From: an uncultured Candidatus Saccharibacteria bacterium
GTDB taxonomy: Bacteria; Patescibacteriota; Saccharimonadia; Saccharimonadales; JALRHH01
Length of the DNA stretch: 64,000 nucleotides
Direction of reading: 5' to 3'
NCBI GenBank assembly: GCA_964559915.1
Contig: CAZLJP010000003.1
Span: 119,769 to 183,768, forward strand
Shown here: positions 16,697 to 25,550 of the stretch, piece by piece
Position numbering within the stretch: the stretch's first letter is position 1
How the letters are laid out: each line of letters begins with the position of its first letter
Position numbers and translations under genes: made by a program
Notes under the pieces: generated by a model
What the model was told of the DNA's origin: nothing
The model's database searches: none
Seen by the model: the letters and a program-made list of their open reading frames with translations, nothing else

Positions 16697-18238
16697 ATGA
16701 CCCAAGCAGAAGCACTAGCTATTTTAGAATCAGGACAATCTGTTTTATTAACTGGTGCTGCTGGCACCGGCAAGACATATCTCATTAACGAGTTTATTAA
16801 GCGTGCCAAAAAGCGACGTAAGAGTATTGCCGTGACGGCGACTACTGGTCTAGCGGCTACTCATTTGAATGGCACTACGATTCATTCATGGGCAGGTATT
16901 GGTGTGCATGACACATTGCCGGACCGCTTTTTTCAGAAGGTTGGTAAACAACGCCAGGGTTTGATTGCTAAAGCCGATATTCTGATTATTGACGAGATTA
17001 GTATGCTGCATGATTACCGCTTGGATATGGTCGAGGAAGTTGCTCGCAAGGTCCGCGGTAATGACAAACCGTTCGGTGGTTTGCAGGTAATACTTGTGGG
17101 TGATTTTTTCCAGTTACCACCAGTTAATCGCAACGAAGGCCGCACGGGCGGTTTTGTGTTGAGCTCTGATACTTGGCAATCGGGTGACTTCACGGTCTGC
17201 TATCTGGAGCAGCAATATCGGCAGAGTGATGATGCCGACTATGCCCAGATTCTGAACGGCATCCGCGCTGGTGTGCTAACCCGCAATCAACTGACCAATC
17301 TGCAAAACCGTATTAATGCTGTGATTGACCCATTTTTAGCCCACACCAAGTTGTTGACCACCAATGCCGACGTTGACCGTATTAATGACGCCGAACTCGA
17401 TAAATTGGATAGCGATACCTATGAGTATGAAATGGAAACCACGGGTAGCAAGAAATATATTGAGCAACTGACCCGTTCGTGTTTAGCACCGCAAATATTG
17501 GTGCTAAAAAAAGGTGCACACGTGATGTGCATTAAAAACAGCCCTGACAAGAAATATGCCAATGGGACATTGGGTATCGTCACTGGTTTTGACGACGAAG
17601 AATACCCGATTGTGAAACTAAATAATGGCAAAACGCTCACCATAACACCCGATACGTGGGAGTTGATAGATGGTGATAAACGCCGAGCAACACTGCGGCA
17701 ACTGCCGCTGCGACTGGCGTGGGCAATCACCGTGCACAAGAGCCAAGGGATGACACTGGACGGGGCGCATATAGACCTGCGCCGGGCGTTTGTAGAAGGC
17801 ATGGGTTATGTCGCCTTATCAAGGGTTAAGAGCATGAAGCAACTGGCGCTAGAAGGCCTTAATGGCATGGCGCTGAAGACCAGTCCGCTGGCCCGTGAAA
17901 TTGATGCAGAGCTGCGCAAACGCAGTGAGCAGGCTATAGCTACGTATGCTGCTGTAATAGAGAAGTGGCACCTGGATGAAGAAAAACGCAAGAATACTCC
18001 CGAGCCCGAAGAGGAAGAGAAGCCAAAGACTGATTGGTCAGAAAAATTAGCCAAAATGCGCGAAGAATACCCAAACGCGTACATGCCGTGGGCAGAAGAA
18101 GATGACGCGAAGCTTAGGAAGCTATTTGAAGACGGCAAAACACTTAACATGTTAACTAAAGAGTTTGGTCGCCATCCTGGCAGCATCAAAAAACGCCTCG
18201 AAAAACACTTCGGCGAAGACGTAATAATTAATAAGTAG
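16697..18238 (+). CDS. PIF1/RecD-family ATP-dependent DNA helicase
   Basis: Walker A LLTGAAGTGKTYL, Walker B ILIIDEISML, VGDFFQLPPV, and C-terminal AITVHKSQGMTLD and YVALSRV. Acidic/basic C-terminal extension. Confidence 0.88.
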   Translation: MTQAEALAILESGQSVLLTGAAGTGKTYLINEFIKRAKKRRKSIAVTATTGLAATHLNGTTIHSWAGIGVHDTLPDRFFQKVGKQRQGLIAKADILIIDEISMLHDYRLDMVEEVARKVRGNDKPFGGLQVILVGDFFQLPPVNRNEGRTGGFVLSSDTWQSGDFTVCYLEQQYRQSDDADYAQILNGIRAGVLTRNQLTNLQNRINAVIDPFLAHTKLLTTNADVDRINDAELDKLDSDTYEYEMETTGSKKYIEQLTRSCLAPQILVLKKGAHVMCIKNSPDKKYANGTLGIVTGFDDEEYPIVKLNNGKTLTITPDTWELIDGDKRRATLRQLPLRLAWAITVHKSQGMTLDGAHIDLRRAFVEGMGYVALSRVKSMKQLALEGLNGMALKTSPLAREIDAELRKRSEQAIATYAAVIEKWHLDEEKRKNTPEPEEEEKPKTDWSEKLAKMREEYPNAYMPWAEEDDAKLRKLFEDGKTLNMLTKEFGRHPGSIKKRLEKHFGEDVIINK

Positions 18239-18252
18239 TACAATTAGCCCAA

Positions 18253-18852
18253 ATGATTAACGAAAAATTTGTGTTAGTTGGTGCTTTGCTCAATATAACT
18301 GGTAGTGCTACATATGCTTGGAATACCTTAAAGGGTAAAACAAAGCCAAATCGAGTTACCTGGTTTCTTTGGGCTGCCGCTCCGCTGATTGCCTTTTCAG
18401 CACAACTTGATGAGGGCGTTATTTGGCAAGCAATAATGACATTTATGGTGGGTTTTGGACCTCTAATTATTTTCTTAGCCTCTTTCATTAACCGCAAGGC
18501 ATTCTGGAAGATAACAAAACTCGACATAGCATGCGGGATTATATCAGTGCTTGCTTTAGCCCTATGGTTAATAACAGGCACTGGTTTGGTGGCTATATTA
18601 TTCAGCATTTTGGCTGATTTAATCGCAGGTGTACCGACATTCATAAAGGCTTATTTTGAACCAGAGACTGAGCACCACAGCGTGTTTCGTAATGGTGCAA
18701 TCAGTGCAGCAATTACCTTATTGACGATTAAAAATTGGACAGCTGCAAACTATGCATTCGCTTTATATATACTAATTATCTGCTTAGTACTTTATCTTTT
18801 GATTCGATTTAAGCTGGGCAAAATAATTCAAACAAAATTAAAAACAGCGTAG
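18253..18852 (+). CDS. hypothetical polytopic membrane protein
   Basis: 199-aa ORF with about six hydrophobic helices. No motif recognised. Confidence 0.55.
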   Translation: MINEKFVLVGALLNITGSATYAWNTLKGKTKPNRVTWFLWAAAPLIAFSAQLDEGVIWQAIMTFMVGFGPLIIFLASFINRKAFWKITKLDIACGIISVLALALWLITGTGLVAILFSILADLIAGVPTFIKAYFEPETEHHSVFRNGAISAAITLLTIKNWTAANYAFALYILIICLVLYLLIRFKLGKIIQTKLKTA

Positions 18853-18869
18853 AGATTCTACGCTGTTTT
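18841..18869. terminator. bidirectional intrinsic terminator between convergent genes
   Basis: AAAACAGCGTAG-AGATT-CTACGCTGTTTT is a perfect 12-bp hairpin with A and T runs on both sides. Confidence 0.75.
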
Positions 18870-18876
18870 AGGTTGC

Positions 18877-19050
18877 TTACCAGCCGAAGGTTTGGCCGAG
18901 AATCCAGATTGCTCCCGCACATGCCAGGAAAAACAATCCGAGCCCCACTGGTGAACCCCAGCTGAACCATGAACCCCACGCACGCCAGTTCTTGTGCGTT
19001 CGTTCGTACCAGTCCAGCTGTTCTTCTTTCGTCATCTTTTGATGATTCAT
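18877..19050 (-). CDS. small Trp-rich membrane protein (57 aa, below the track cut-off)
   Basis: MNHQKMTKEEQLDWYERTHKNWRAWGSWFSWGSPVGLGLFFLACAGAIWILGQTFGW. AAGGAG SD 8 nt upstream of the ATG. One TM helix. Terminator immediately downstream. Confidence 0.55.
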   Translation of the reverse strand: MNHQKMTKEEQLDWYERTHKNWRAWGSWFSWGSPVGLGLFFLACAGAIWILGQTFGW

Positions 19051-19180
19051 GAGCTGACTCCTTTTACGTTTGTAAAGAGCCGTTTTTGTAGCTATTGTCT
19101 TGGGTGATGTTGTTCGCTTAAACGGTACCGCGCATACCCGTTCGTGACACTACATTATCATTATTGAATCATAAAAACGG

Positions 19181-19825
19181 TTATTGACCAAGAATGCTAA
19201 CCGAGCGGGCAACAACTAGGGCCAATGTAAACACAGACACAAGTGCTTGAATGCCCATTAGCGCCTTAGCCTGGCCAGTCAGTGGCTTGGTATCGGCTGG
19301 AGCAAAGTTAATGGCGTTAGTAAGAGATAGATACAAATAATCCTGAAAGCTTGGCCGCCAGTTTTTGAAATCTTGTGCCATATCTTGCTGAGTAAACTGA
19401 AAGTCCTTGTCGTGTCTGGACCACTTTTTGCCAGACAAGCCAGGGCTATCTATCTCCCAGTACCACAGGGCAAAGACAATGATGTTTGTCAGGAATATGG
19501 CCAGCGCCGAAGCCAGCAAGTTGTAACCAGTCACCACGTCACTCTCACGAATGAGTAGTTGGATAACGATAATAATTGAACTGATGTTTTCTGCTGAGAT
19601 AATACCCAGGAGTAAGAAAGAAAGGCTGCGGTAGACAGATTTTTTGCGCAATTGTGGCGTACGAGCGCTGAGCCCTAGAATGGTAGCCAATGACAACTCA
19701 CTGAGAATAATAATAGGGTGCGGGCCGTACGTCAGGCTGCCGCTAGTAGCCCAGGTACTAATTTGCAGCAATATCGCAATATAGAGGGCGATTTGTGCTA
19801 ACCAAAACTCCTTACGGCTAATCAT
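19181..19825 (-). CDS. DUF1345-like membrane protein
   Basis: 214 aa with four to five TM segments. The C-terminal region DYLYLSLTNAINFAPADTKPL...ALVSVFTLALVVARSVSIL resembles DUF1345. Confidence 0.5.
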   Translation of the reverse strand: MISRKEFWLAQIALYIAILLQISTWATSGSLTYGPHPIIILSELSLATILGLSARTPQLRKKSVYRSLSFLLLGIISAENISSIIIVIQLLIRESDVVTGYNLLASALAIFLTNIIVFALWYWEIDSPGLSGKKWSRHDKDFQFTQQDMAQDFKNWRPSFQDYLYLSLTNAINFAPADTKPLTGQAKALMGIQALVSVFTLALVVARSVSILGQ

Positions 19826-19916
19826 TGCTCTATTATGGCACGAATATGCTTATGCCAAAACAGAGCAGTCTGCAGGAGTATGTTTTTTGGCTCAAAACTG
19901 GCATACTGGATGACAT

Positions 19917-20309
19917 ATGCAAAACCAAGCAACCGGTAATCTCCAGCAACAGCAGACCAATTTGCAACCCAGTGGCACGAGTTTACAGCCGAATAGTACT
20001 CCAGCTACATCTTCTAACTCGAGCTCAATTAACCAGGCGCCAGCTGCTGCCCGACAATTGACAGTTCAATCTCAGGGTTCATCAATCACAACACCATTGC
20101 CAACCCAAGATACTACGAGTGGTGCTAGCCCATGGTTATGGCTACTGCTTGTGCCCGTTATCCTGATTGCCCTCTATTTTTGGCCACAGCCAAAAGAGGC
20201 CGTAGCCGAAGCAGAAGAATCTGTGCCAGCTCCTAAGTCGACTCCGCGCAAACAAGTATCTCGCAGCAAAAAGAAACAACCTCGTCGCAAACGAACAAGC
20301 AAAAAGTAA
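19917..20309 (+). CDS. hypothetical low-complexity membrane protein with basic tail
   Basis: Q/S/T-rich N-terminal half, one TM helix (PWLWLLLVPVILIALYFW), and a Lys/Arg-rich C-terminus. Confidence 0.5.
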   Translation: MQNQATGNLQQQQTNLQPSGTSLQPNSTPATSSNSSSINQAPAAARQLTVQSQGSSITTPLPTQDTTSGASPWLWLLLVPVILIALYFWPQPKEAVAEAEESVPAPKSTPRKQVSRSKKKQPRRKRTSKK

Positions 20310-20367
20310 TCCTACTCGCCCAGGCGTGCTACACTATAGCCAAGCGTAAGCATGACTCAATAAACAG

Positions 20368-22542
20368 ATGGTGGACAAGGAACGTAAACAAGACCTGGGG
20401 AGCCCAGACGAAGAGGCTTTGGAGCAACGCGTCCGTGAAATGATGGATGTTAATGTGCCTGATGCTCCCGAACCCATAGAATCAACCGCACCAGCCGAGA
20501 AGAAAACAGTTTCTATTAGCATTACGCATGATGACGAACCAGCTGAAAAACTGACTGCTAAACCAAAGAAGCCTAAAGCGAAGTCCGAGATTGCGGCAGC
20601 TGCTGAGACTGTAAATGAACAGCTGAGCCAAGATGTAGGGACGGCGCCATTACTTGAAACAGCCCCGCCAAGCGAACCAAAGAAAATTGTGGTGGCTGAA
20701 CACGTAGAAGAACCGGAAGAGGTACCCGAGACAGTGCAAGAAGAATCGGAACCAGCTGAAACTCCAACAGAGAAGCCCGAGTCTGAAACTGAGCCTGAGA
20801 CATCTGAAGCGGAGGTTATTGAGGAGTCGCCACTCGAAGCTGCCATAGAATCACCCGAGACAGACAAGGCAGTAGCAGACATTATCGCGGAAGAAAGCGA
20901 TGAATTGCTCGATGTTCAGGACAACAAAATTGCACAGCCGCTGCCACCTGCACCCAAGCAAAAGCCGCAAAAGAAAAAGCATCGTAGCCCGCTGGGCCGC
21001 TGGTTCGCCAACCCAATTGCTCGTTGGGCAACCATACTTTTGCTGCTGGGTGGTATTGGCGCGGCTGGGGTCATACCAGCCAGCCGGTATTACATCCTCA
21101 ACAAAGCTGGTGTTAAAAGCAGCGCCACAATCATAGTTACCGACAGAACAAGCCTTCGTACACTAAAAAATGTCGAGATATCAATCGCAGGGCATACAGC
21201 CAAGACTGATATCGAGGGCAAAGCAACCCTAACAGGGCTGCCGCTTGGCCCGACGCAGCTGACCGTCCACAAACGAGCATTTACCACTATCAACAAACAA
21301 GTGACGATTGGTTGGGGCAGTAACCCATTACCAACAGTTAACTTACAGCCCGAGGGCGATCAACATACCTTCATTATTACCGATGCATTATCCGGCCAAC
21401 CTATTGCTAACGCACAGGCCCACGTTGGCGAAGCAGATGCCACATCCAATGAAAAAGGTGAGCTGGTACTGACGGTTGATGCTGGTGACGAGCAACAACT
21501 TAAAGTTGAGATAGCTGCTGATGGTTACCGAACAGAAACGGTCACACTAGTGCTCAGTAACAAAGAAAAGATGGCCGTAAAACTAGTGTCGCCACATGCT
21601 GTTGCGTTTGTATCAAAGCGCTCTGGTACGTACACGGTCTATAAAGTTGACGCTGATGGCAAGAATGAGTCGTTGGTACTGGCTGGTACTGGCAAAGAGA
21701 GCAGTGACATTGCTCTGACAACCAGCCCAACTGCCGATGTAGCGGCGCTCATATCAACACGTGATGGCACCCGAACAGACAAGGGAGCATTGCTCAAGAC
21801 ACTGACCTTTATTAATCTCAAAGATACTAGTACGAAGGCGGTTATTTCTGCTCCTGATATCAAGCTCATTGATTGGATTGGCAGCCGACTAATCTATGTA
21901 CAGCTGACAACTGCAGGCAGTGAAGACCCCGCCCGCTACAAGCTGATGAGCTACGACCACAACTCCGGTGATAATCGCCAGCTAGCTGCTGCTAACTACT
22001 TTAATAGTGTCGTGACATTGGGTGGGCAGGTAATTTATTCCCCGGCCAGCGCCTACCAAAATGGCGTCAACCTTGGCGTGTTTAGCGTCAAGCCAGATGG
22101 CAGCAAGAAACAGGCATTACTTGACCAAGAAGCCTGGAATCTCCTTCGAACAAGCTACGACCGCCTCACGATTCCGGTTCAACAAGATTGGTATGAATAT
22201 GCACTGGGCAGTACCAAGCCAGACAAGTTGGCGGGGCAGCCAAGTAACACTGGCTCACGTCTATACAGTGATAGTCCTGATGCCAAACATAGCGTCTGGA
22301 TTGATACAAGAGACGGTAAGGGAACACTGCTACTTTATAATACTGTTACCAAGGAAGAAAAAGTGTTGGTTGCGGCAAACGGTGTGAAGGCTCCAGTCCG
22401 CTGGCTCAGCAACAACACCATAGTCTATCGGCTGGCCACAGGCACCGAAACCGCTGATTATGTCTTGAGCATCGATGGCGGCAAACCTCAGAAGGTTGTT
22501 GATGTGACTGATGCTCCTGGCATTGATCGCTGGTCCTTCTAG
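20368..22542 (+). CDS. large hypothetical surface protein (acidic N-terminus, one TM, beta-rich ectodomain)
   Basis: 724-aa ORF with an E/P/T-rich region, TM helix WATILLLLGGIGAAGVI, then repeated beta-strand-like segments. No catalytic motif seen. Confidence 0.7.
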   Translation: MVDKERKQDLGSPDEEALEQRVREMMDVNVPDAPEPIESTAPAEKKTVSISITHDDEPAEKLTAKPKKPKAKSEIAAAAETVNEQLSQDVGTAPLLETAPPSEPKKIVVAEHVEEPEEVPETVQEESEPAETPTEKPESETEPETSEAEVIEESPLEAAIESPETDKAVADIIAEESDELLDVQDNKIAQPLPPAPKQKPQKKKHRSPLGRWFANPIARWATILLLLGGIGAAGVIPASRYYILNKAGVKSSATIIVTDRTSLRTLKNVEISIAGHTAKTDIEGKATLTGLPLGPTQLTVHKRAFTTINKQVTIGWGSNPLPTVNLQPEGDQHTFIITDALSGQPIANAQAHVGEADATSNEKGELVLTVDAGDEQQLKVEIAADGYRTETVTLVLSNKEKMAVKLVSPHAVAFVSKRSGTYTVYKVDADGKNESLVLAGTGKESSDIALTTSPTADVAALISTRDGTRTDKGALLKTLTFINLKDTSTKAVISAPDIKLIDWIGSRLIYVQLTTAGSEDPARYKLMSYDHNSGDNRQLAAANYFNSVVTLGGQVIYSPASAYQNGVNLGVFSVKPDGSKKQALLDQEAWNLLRTSYDRLTIPVQQDWYEYALGSTKPDKLAGQPSNTGSRLYSDSPDAKHSVWIDTRDGKGTLLLYNTVTKEEKVLVAANGVKAPVRWLSNNTIVYRLATGTETADYVLSIDGGKPQKVVDVTDAPGIDRWSF

Positions 22543-22556
22543 TACAATAGTCAGTA

Positions 22557-23345
22557 ATGACAGCCATCGAGCAGTTTCAGCAAACAGTCTGGGATTATTA
22601 TCATGACCATGGGCGAACCATGCCCTGGCGTGAGGATACTCGGCCATACTATGTATTGGTGAGTGAGCTGATGCTGCAACAAACACAAGTGAGCCGAGTC
22701 GTGCCAAAATTTGAATCCTTTATTGCAGCATTTCCTGATGAACAGACTTTGGCGGGTGCTGAGCTTGCGGCCGTGCTGCGCGCATGGCAAGGACTAGGGT
22801 ATAACCGTAGGGCTAAGTTTTTACATCAGGCGGCGCAGCATGTTGTGTCACAAGGCAGTTTCCCCAACACAGTCGAGAGACTTGTAGAATTGCCTGGCGT
22901 AGGTAAAAACACAGCGGGTGCAATCATGGCATATAGCTATAATCACCCGATTGTATTTATAGAAACCAACATTCGCACGGTCTATATTCATCACTTCTTT
23001 ACTGACCGTGATGATGTAGCTGACGCTGAACTACTGCCTATTATTGAGCAAAGTCTGGACCAAGAGCATCCGCGCGAATGGTACTGGGCACTGATGGATT
23101 ATGGTAGTTATTTGAAAACAACCATTGGTAACGTATCCCGAAGTAGCAGACACTATGCCAAACAATCAACTTTTCATGGTTCCAAACGCCAGATACGTGG
23201 CCAAGTGCTTAAGCTATTAGCAGAGGTTTCTCAGACAGAAAATCAGTTACGAACCACTATTGATGATCAAAGGCTCGGGTCCGTGCTGCAAGACCTAACG
23301 AACGAAGGTCTGATACGGTACAAAAACAACAGTTATTATCTCTAG
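22557..23345 (+). CDS. HhH-GPD base-excision glycosylase, MutY-like, without Fe-S cluster cysteines
   Basis: YYVLVSELMLQQTQVSRV (catalytic Glu context), the HhH hairpin LPGVGKNTAGAIMAYSY, and IETNIRTV in place of DGNV. The 262-aa protein contains no cysteine and has no NUDIX-like C-terminal domain. Confidence 0.75.
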   Translation: MTAIEQFQQTVWDYYHDHGRTMPWREDTRPYYVLVSELMLQQTQVSRVVPKFESFIAAFPDEQTLAGAELAAVLRAWQGLGYNRRAKFLHQAAQHVVSQGSFPNTVERLVELPGVGKNTAGAIMAYSYNHPIVFIETNIRTVYIHHFFTDRDDVADAELLPIIEQSLDQEHPREWYWALMDYGSYLKTTIGNVSRSSRHYAKQSTFHGSKRQIRGQVLKLLAEVSQTENQLRTTIDDQRLGSVLQDLTNEGLIRYKNNSYYL

Positions 23346-23386
23346 TTGCTTATGCTAAAATATCCCCTAAGGAGCACTCAAATTAT

Positions 23387-24037
23387 ATGAAATCTCGAAC
23401 TATTATGACGGTCGCTATTAGTCTGCTGTTGCCAGCAGTGTTGGTTGGCTCGGTATTTGCCCAAGAACAAACACCCACCACAACTTCTGCACAAACAACA
23501 ACGGCCGCTCAAGCTGAAGCACAGAAACAAGCTATGCAAACCCGTGTGCAACAACGTAAGGACGCACTCAAGCTGAAGCTTACAACTGTCCAACAAAAGC
23601 GCCTGCAGAGTCGCTGTAAGGCTGCCCAGGGTAAGATTACCTCTGAACAGGCTAAGGTTACGGGCGTTTCCACGAGTCGCACCAAGGTATATGCCAACAT
23701 CAGTACTCAGTTGACTAATCTAGAAGCAAAACTAAATGGCCAGGGGCTTGATACAACCGCGCTCAAAGCCGACATAGCAGCGCTTAAAACCAAAATCGAT
23801 ACCTTTAATACCGACCTCGCTACCTACAAAGATGCAGTGAGTGATTTGGCTGCCATGGACTGCGTAGCTGACCCAACGGCATTCAAGGCATCATTAGAAA
23901 CGGCCCGTACAACACGCAAGCAACTACGTACTGATAGTGAAGCTATCCACGCCTATATCAAAGATACTATCAAACCAATCCTTGCTACCCTGCGGACTCA
24001 GCTTGAGCCCCAGGCCACAACAGGGGGCACGAACTAG
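23387..24037 (+). CDS. hypothetical secreted coiled-coil protein
   Basis: Signal-like N-terminus (MTVAISLLLPAVLVGSVFA), then a Q/K/A/T-rich helical sequence. Confidence 0.6.
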   Translation: MKSRTIMTVAISLLLPAVLVGSVFAQEQTPTTTSAQTTTAAQAEAQKQAMQTRVQQRKDALKLKLTTVQQKRLQSRCKAAQGKITSEQAKVTGVSTSRTKVYANISTQLTNLEAKLNGQGLDTTALKADIAALKTKIDTFNTDLATYKDAVSDLAAMDCVADPTAFKASLETARTTRKQLRTDSEAIHAYIKDTIKPILATLRTQLEPQATTGGTN

Positions 24038-24039
24038 CC

Positions 24040-24612
24040 ATGGAAAATAACCCAACTCCCGTACCAAGCACTGACAATACTACAAAACCTGGCCAGGTTA
24101 TGGATATCCAGCCAACACCAGCAGCTAGCTCGGTGATTACGCCGACTACTGCAATAGCATCACCAGAGTTAGTCGTGCCTGCAGCCCCAGTTGAAGAGCA
24201 ACCAGTCGCTCAGACAGAAGTAGCTCCCGCACCTACTACAGATGCCCCGACAGAACCCGTAGTGGCCCCCGATGATGCTACTAGTTCACACAACGAACAA
24301 TCATCTGAAGTACCAGCACCATTGGCTGCTCAGGCGTCCCCAGCACACAAGAAGCCGATTCTACCGGTGATTATTGCAGTGCTCATCGCAGCTGCACTGA
24401 TAGGCGTGGCGGTGTTTGCGTACATGCAGCAGAATAAGAAACCAGCCGCATCTACAGGTGGTAATTCTACAGGCCAAACCGAGGCCCCAGCCAAAGCAAC
24501 CGGAGCCGACGTCGACAGTACAAACAAAGCCATTGATGATAATCTGGGCACCACGAACGATGCTGCCGATTTTGACGATAATACGTTGAGCGACACCACC
24601 CTCGGACTCTAA
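24040..24612 (+). CDS. hypothetical Pro/Ala/Thr-rich single-pass membrane protein
   Basis: 190 aa with a central TM helix ILPVIIAVLIAAALIGVAVFAY. Low-complexity flanks. Confidence 0.55.
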   Translation: MENNPTPVPSTDNTTKPGQVMDIQPTPAASSVITPTTAIASPELVVPAAPVEEQPVAQTEVAPAPTTDAPTEPVVAPDDATSSHNEQSSEVPAPLAAQASPAHKKPILPVIIAVLIAAALIGVAVFAYMQQNKKPAASTGGNSTGQTEAPAKATGADVDSTNKAIDDNLGTTNDAADFDDNTLSDTTLGL

Positions 24613-24633
24613 AATCGTGTATCATACACGAGT

Positions 24634-25206
24634 ATGAATAGTGATGTAATTAGTCGAATCACTGACGGGGCAGTTGTAGCACTGCCCACTGACACTGTGT
24701 ATGGATTAGTCTGTAGCGCTCACTTGCCAGACGCAGTACAGCGCTTGTATGGGCTGAAGGCACGGGAAGCAAAGCCCGGCACCGTAGTGGCTGCTACTAT
24801 TGAGCAGCTAGTTGAGCTTGGTATACCGCAGCGCTATTTAAAGCCGGTAGAATACTATTGGCCTAATGCAATTTCGGTTGTCGTTCCCGCTGGAGCGGTG
24901 CCATCAGTTGTTCACCAGGGTATGGGTTCCATCGCAGTCAGAATCCCCAAAGACCCCAGTTTTCACGAGCTGCTTCTCCATACCGGCCCATTGTTGACTA
25001 CCAGCGCTAATCAACCCGGCAAACCACCCGCAGAGACTATTACCCAGGCAGAGGCTTATTTTGGCGATGCGGTTGATTTATACGTAGACGGTGGTGACTT
25101 ATCTGGTCGTCAAGCGTCAACTATTATTCAGGTTATAGATGATGCCGTAGAAGTACTACGTAGTGGTGCAGTGATAGTAAATGAAAGAGGAGAAATCGAA
25201 CAATGA
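24634..25206 (+). CDS. tsaC: L-threonylcarbamoyladenylate synthase (YrdC/TsaC type)
   Basis: 190-aa YrdC-domain protein with LPTDTVYGLVC, SIAVRIP, LLTTSANQPGKPP and ASTIIQV. Confidence 0.8.
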   Translation: MNSDVISRITDGAVVALPTDTVYGLVCSAHLPDAVQRLYGLKAREAKPGTVVAATIEQLVELGIPQRYLKPVEYYWPNAISVVVPAGAVPSVVHQGMGSIAVRIPKDPSFHELLLHTGPLLTTSANQPGKPPAETITQAEAYFGDAVDLYVDGGDLSGRQASTIIQVIDDAVEVLRSGAVIVNERGEIEQ

Positions 25207-25550
25207 AACTTAATGATTACCAACAGCAAGCCATAACTTTTGAACTTATGAGTCGTGAAGGAAAAATATCAGCCAACAGTCCCTCATATGTCGCAAAGGT
25301 TTTAGGATTGGTTGGTGAAGCTGGCGAGGTTGCAGAGAAATACAAGAAAATCATCAGGGACAAAAACGGTGAAGTGAACCAGCAGGACGCCGCGGAAATC
25401 ATTAAAGAGCTCGGTGATGTCTTGTGGTACGTATCGGCGCTGGCCAGTTATCTGGATGTTGATTTACAAACAGTTGCCCAAACGAATCTCGACAAACTAG
25501 GTAGCCGCAAACAGCGCGGTGCCCAGCACGGCTCGGGCGATAACCGCTAA
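25203..25550 (+). CDS. MazG-like nucleotide pyrophosphohydrolase
   Basis: LGLVGEAGEVAEKYKK and ELGDVLWYVSALA form the EExxE/D four-helix MazG core. ATGA overlap with tsaC. Confidence 0.7.
   Translation: MKLNDYQQQAITFELMSREGKISANSPSYVAKVLGLVGEAGEVAEKYKKIIRDKNGEVNQQDAAEIIKELGDVLWYVSALASYLDVDLQTVAQTNLDKLGSRKQRGAQHGSGDNR

Noticed and set aside
20334-20882. 182-aa minus-strand ORF (Ser/Gly/Ala-rich) and other long antisense ORFs, e.g. 57362-57895, 58263-58658, 11458-12009, 9951-10478 and 10540-11028
   Set aside because: Each lies entirely antisense to a CDS with strong family motifs (surface protein, dnaK, DUF1003, Kef antiporter). Their low-complexity composition is typical of shadow ORFs, and no SD or promoter is evident.
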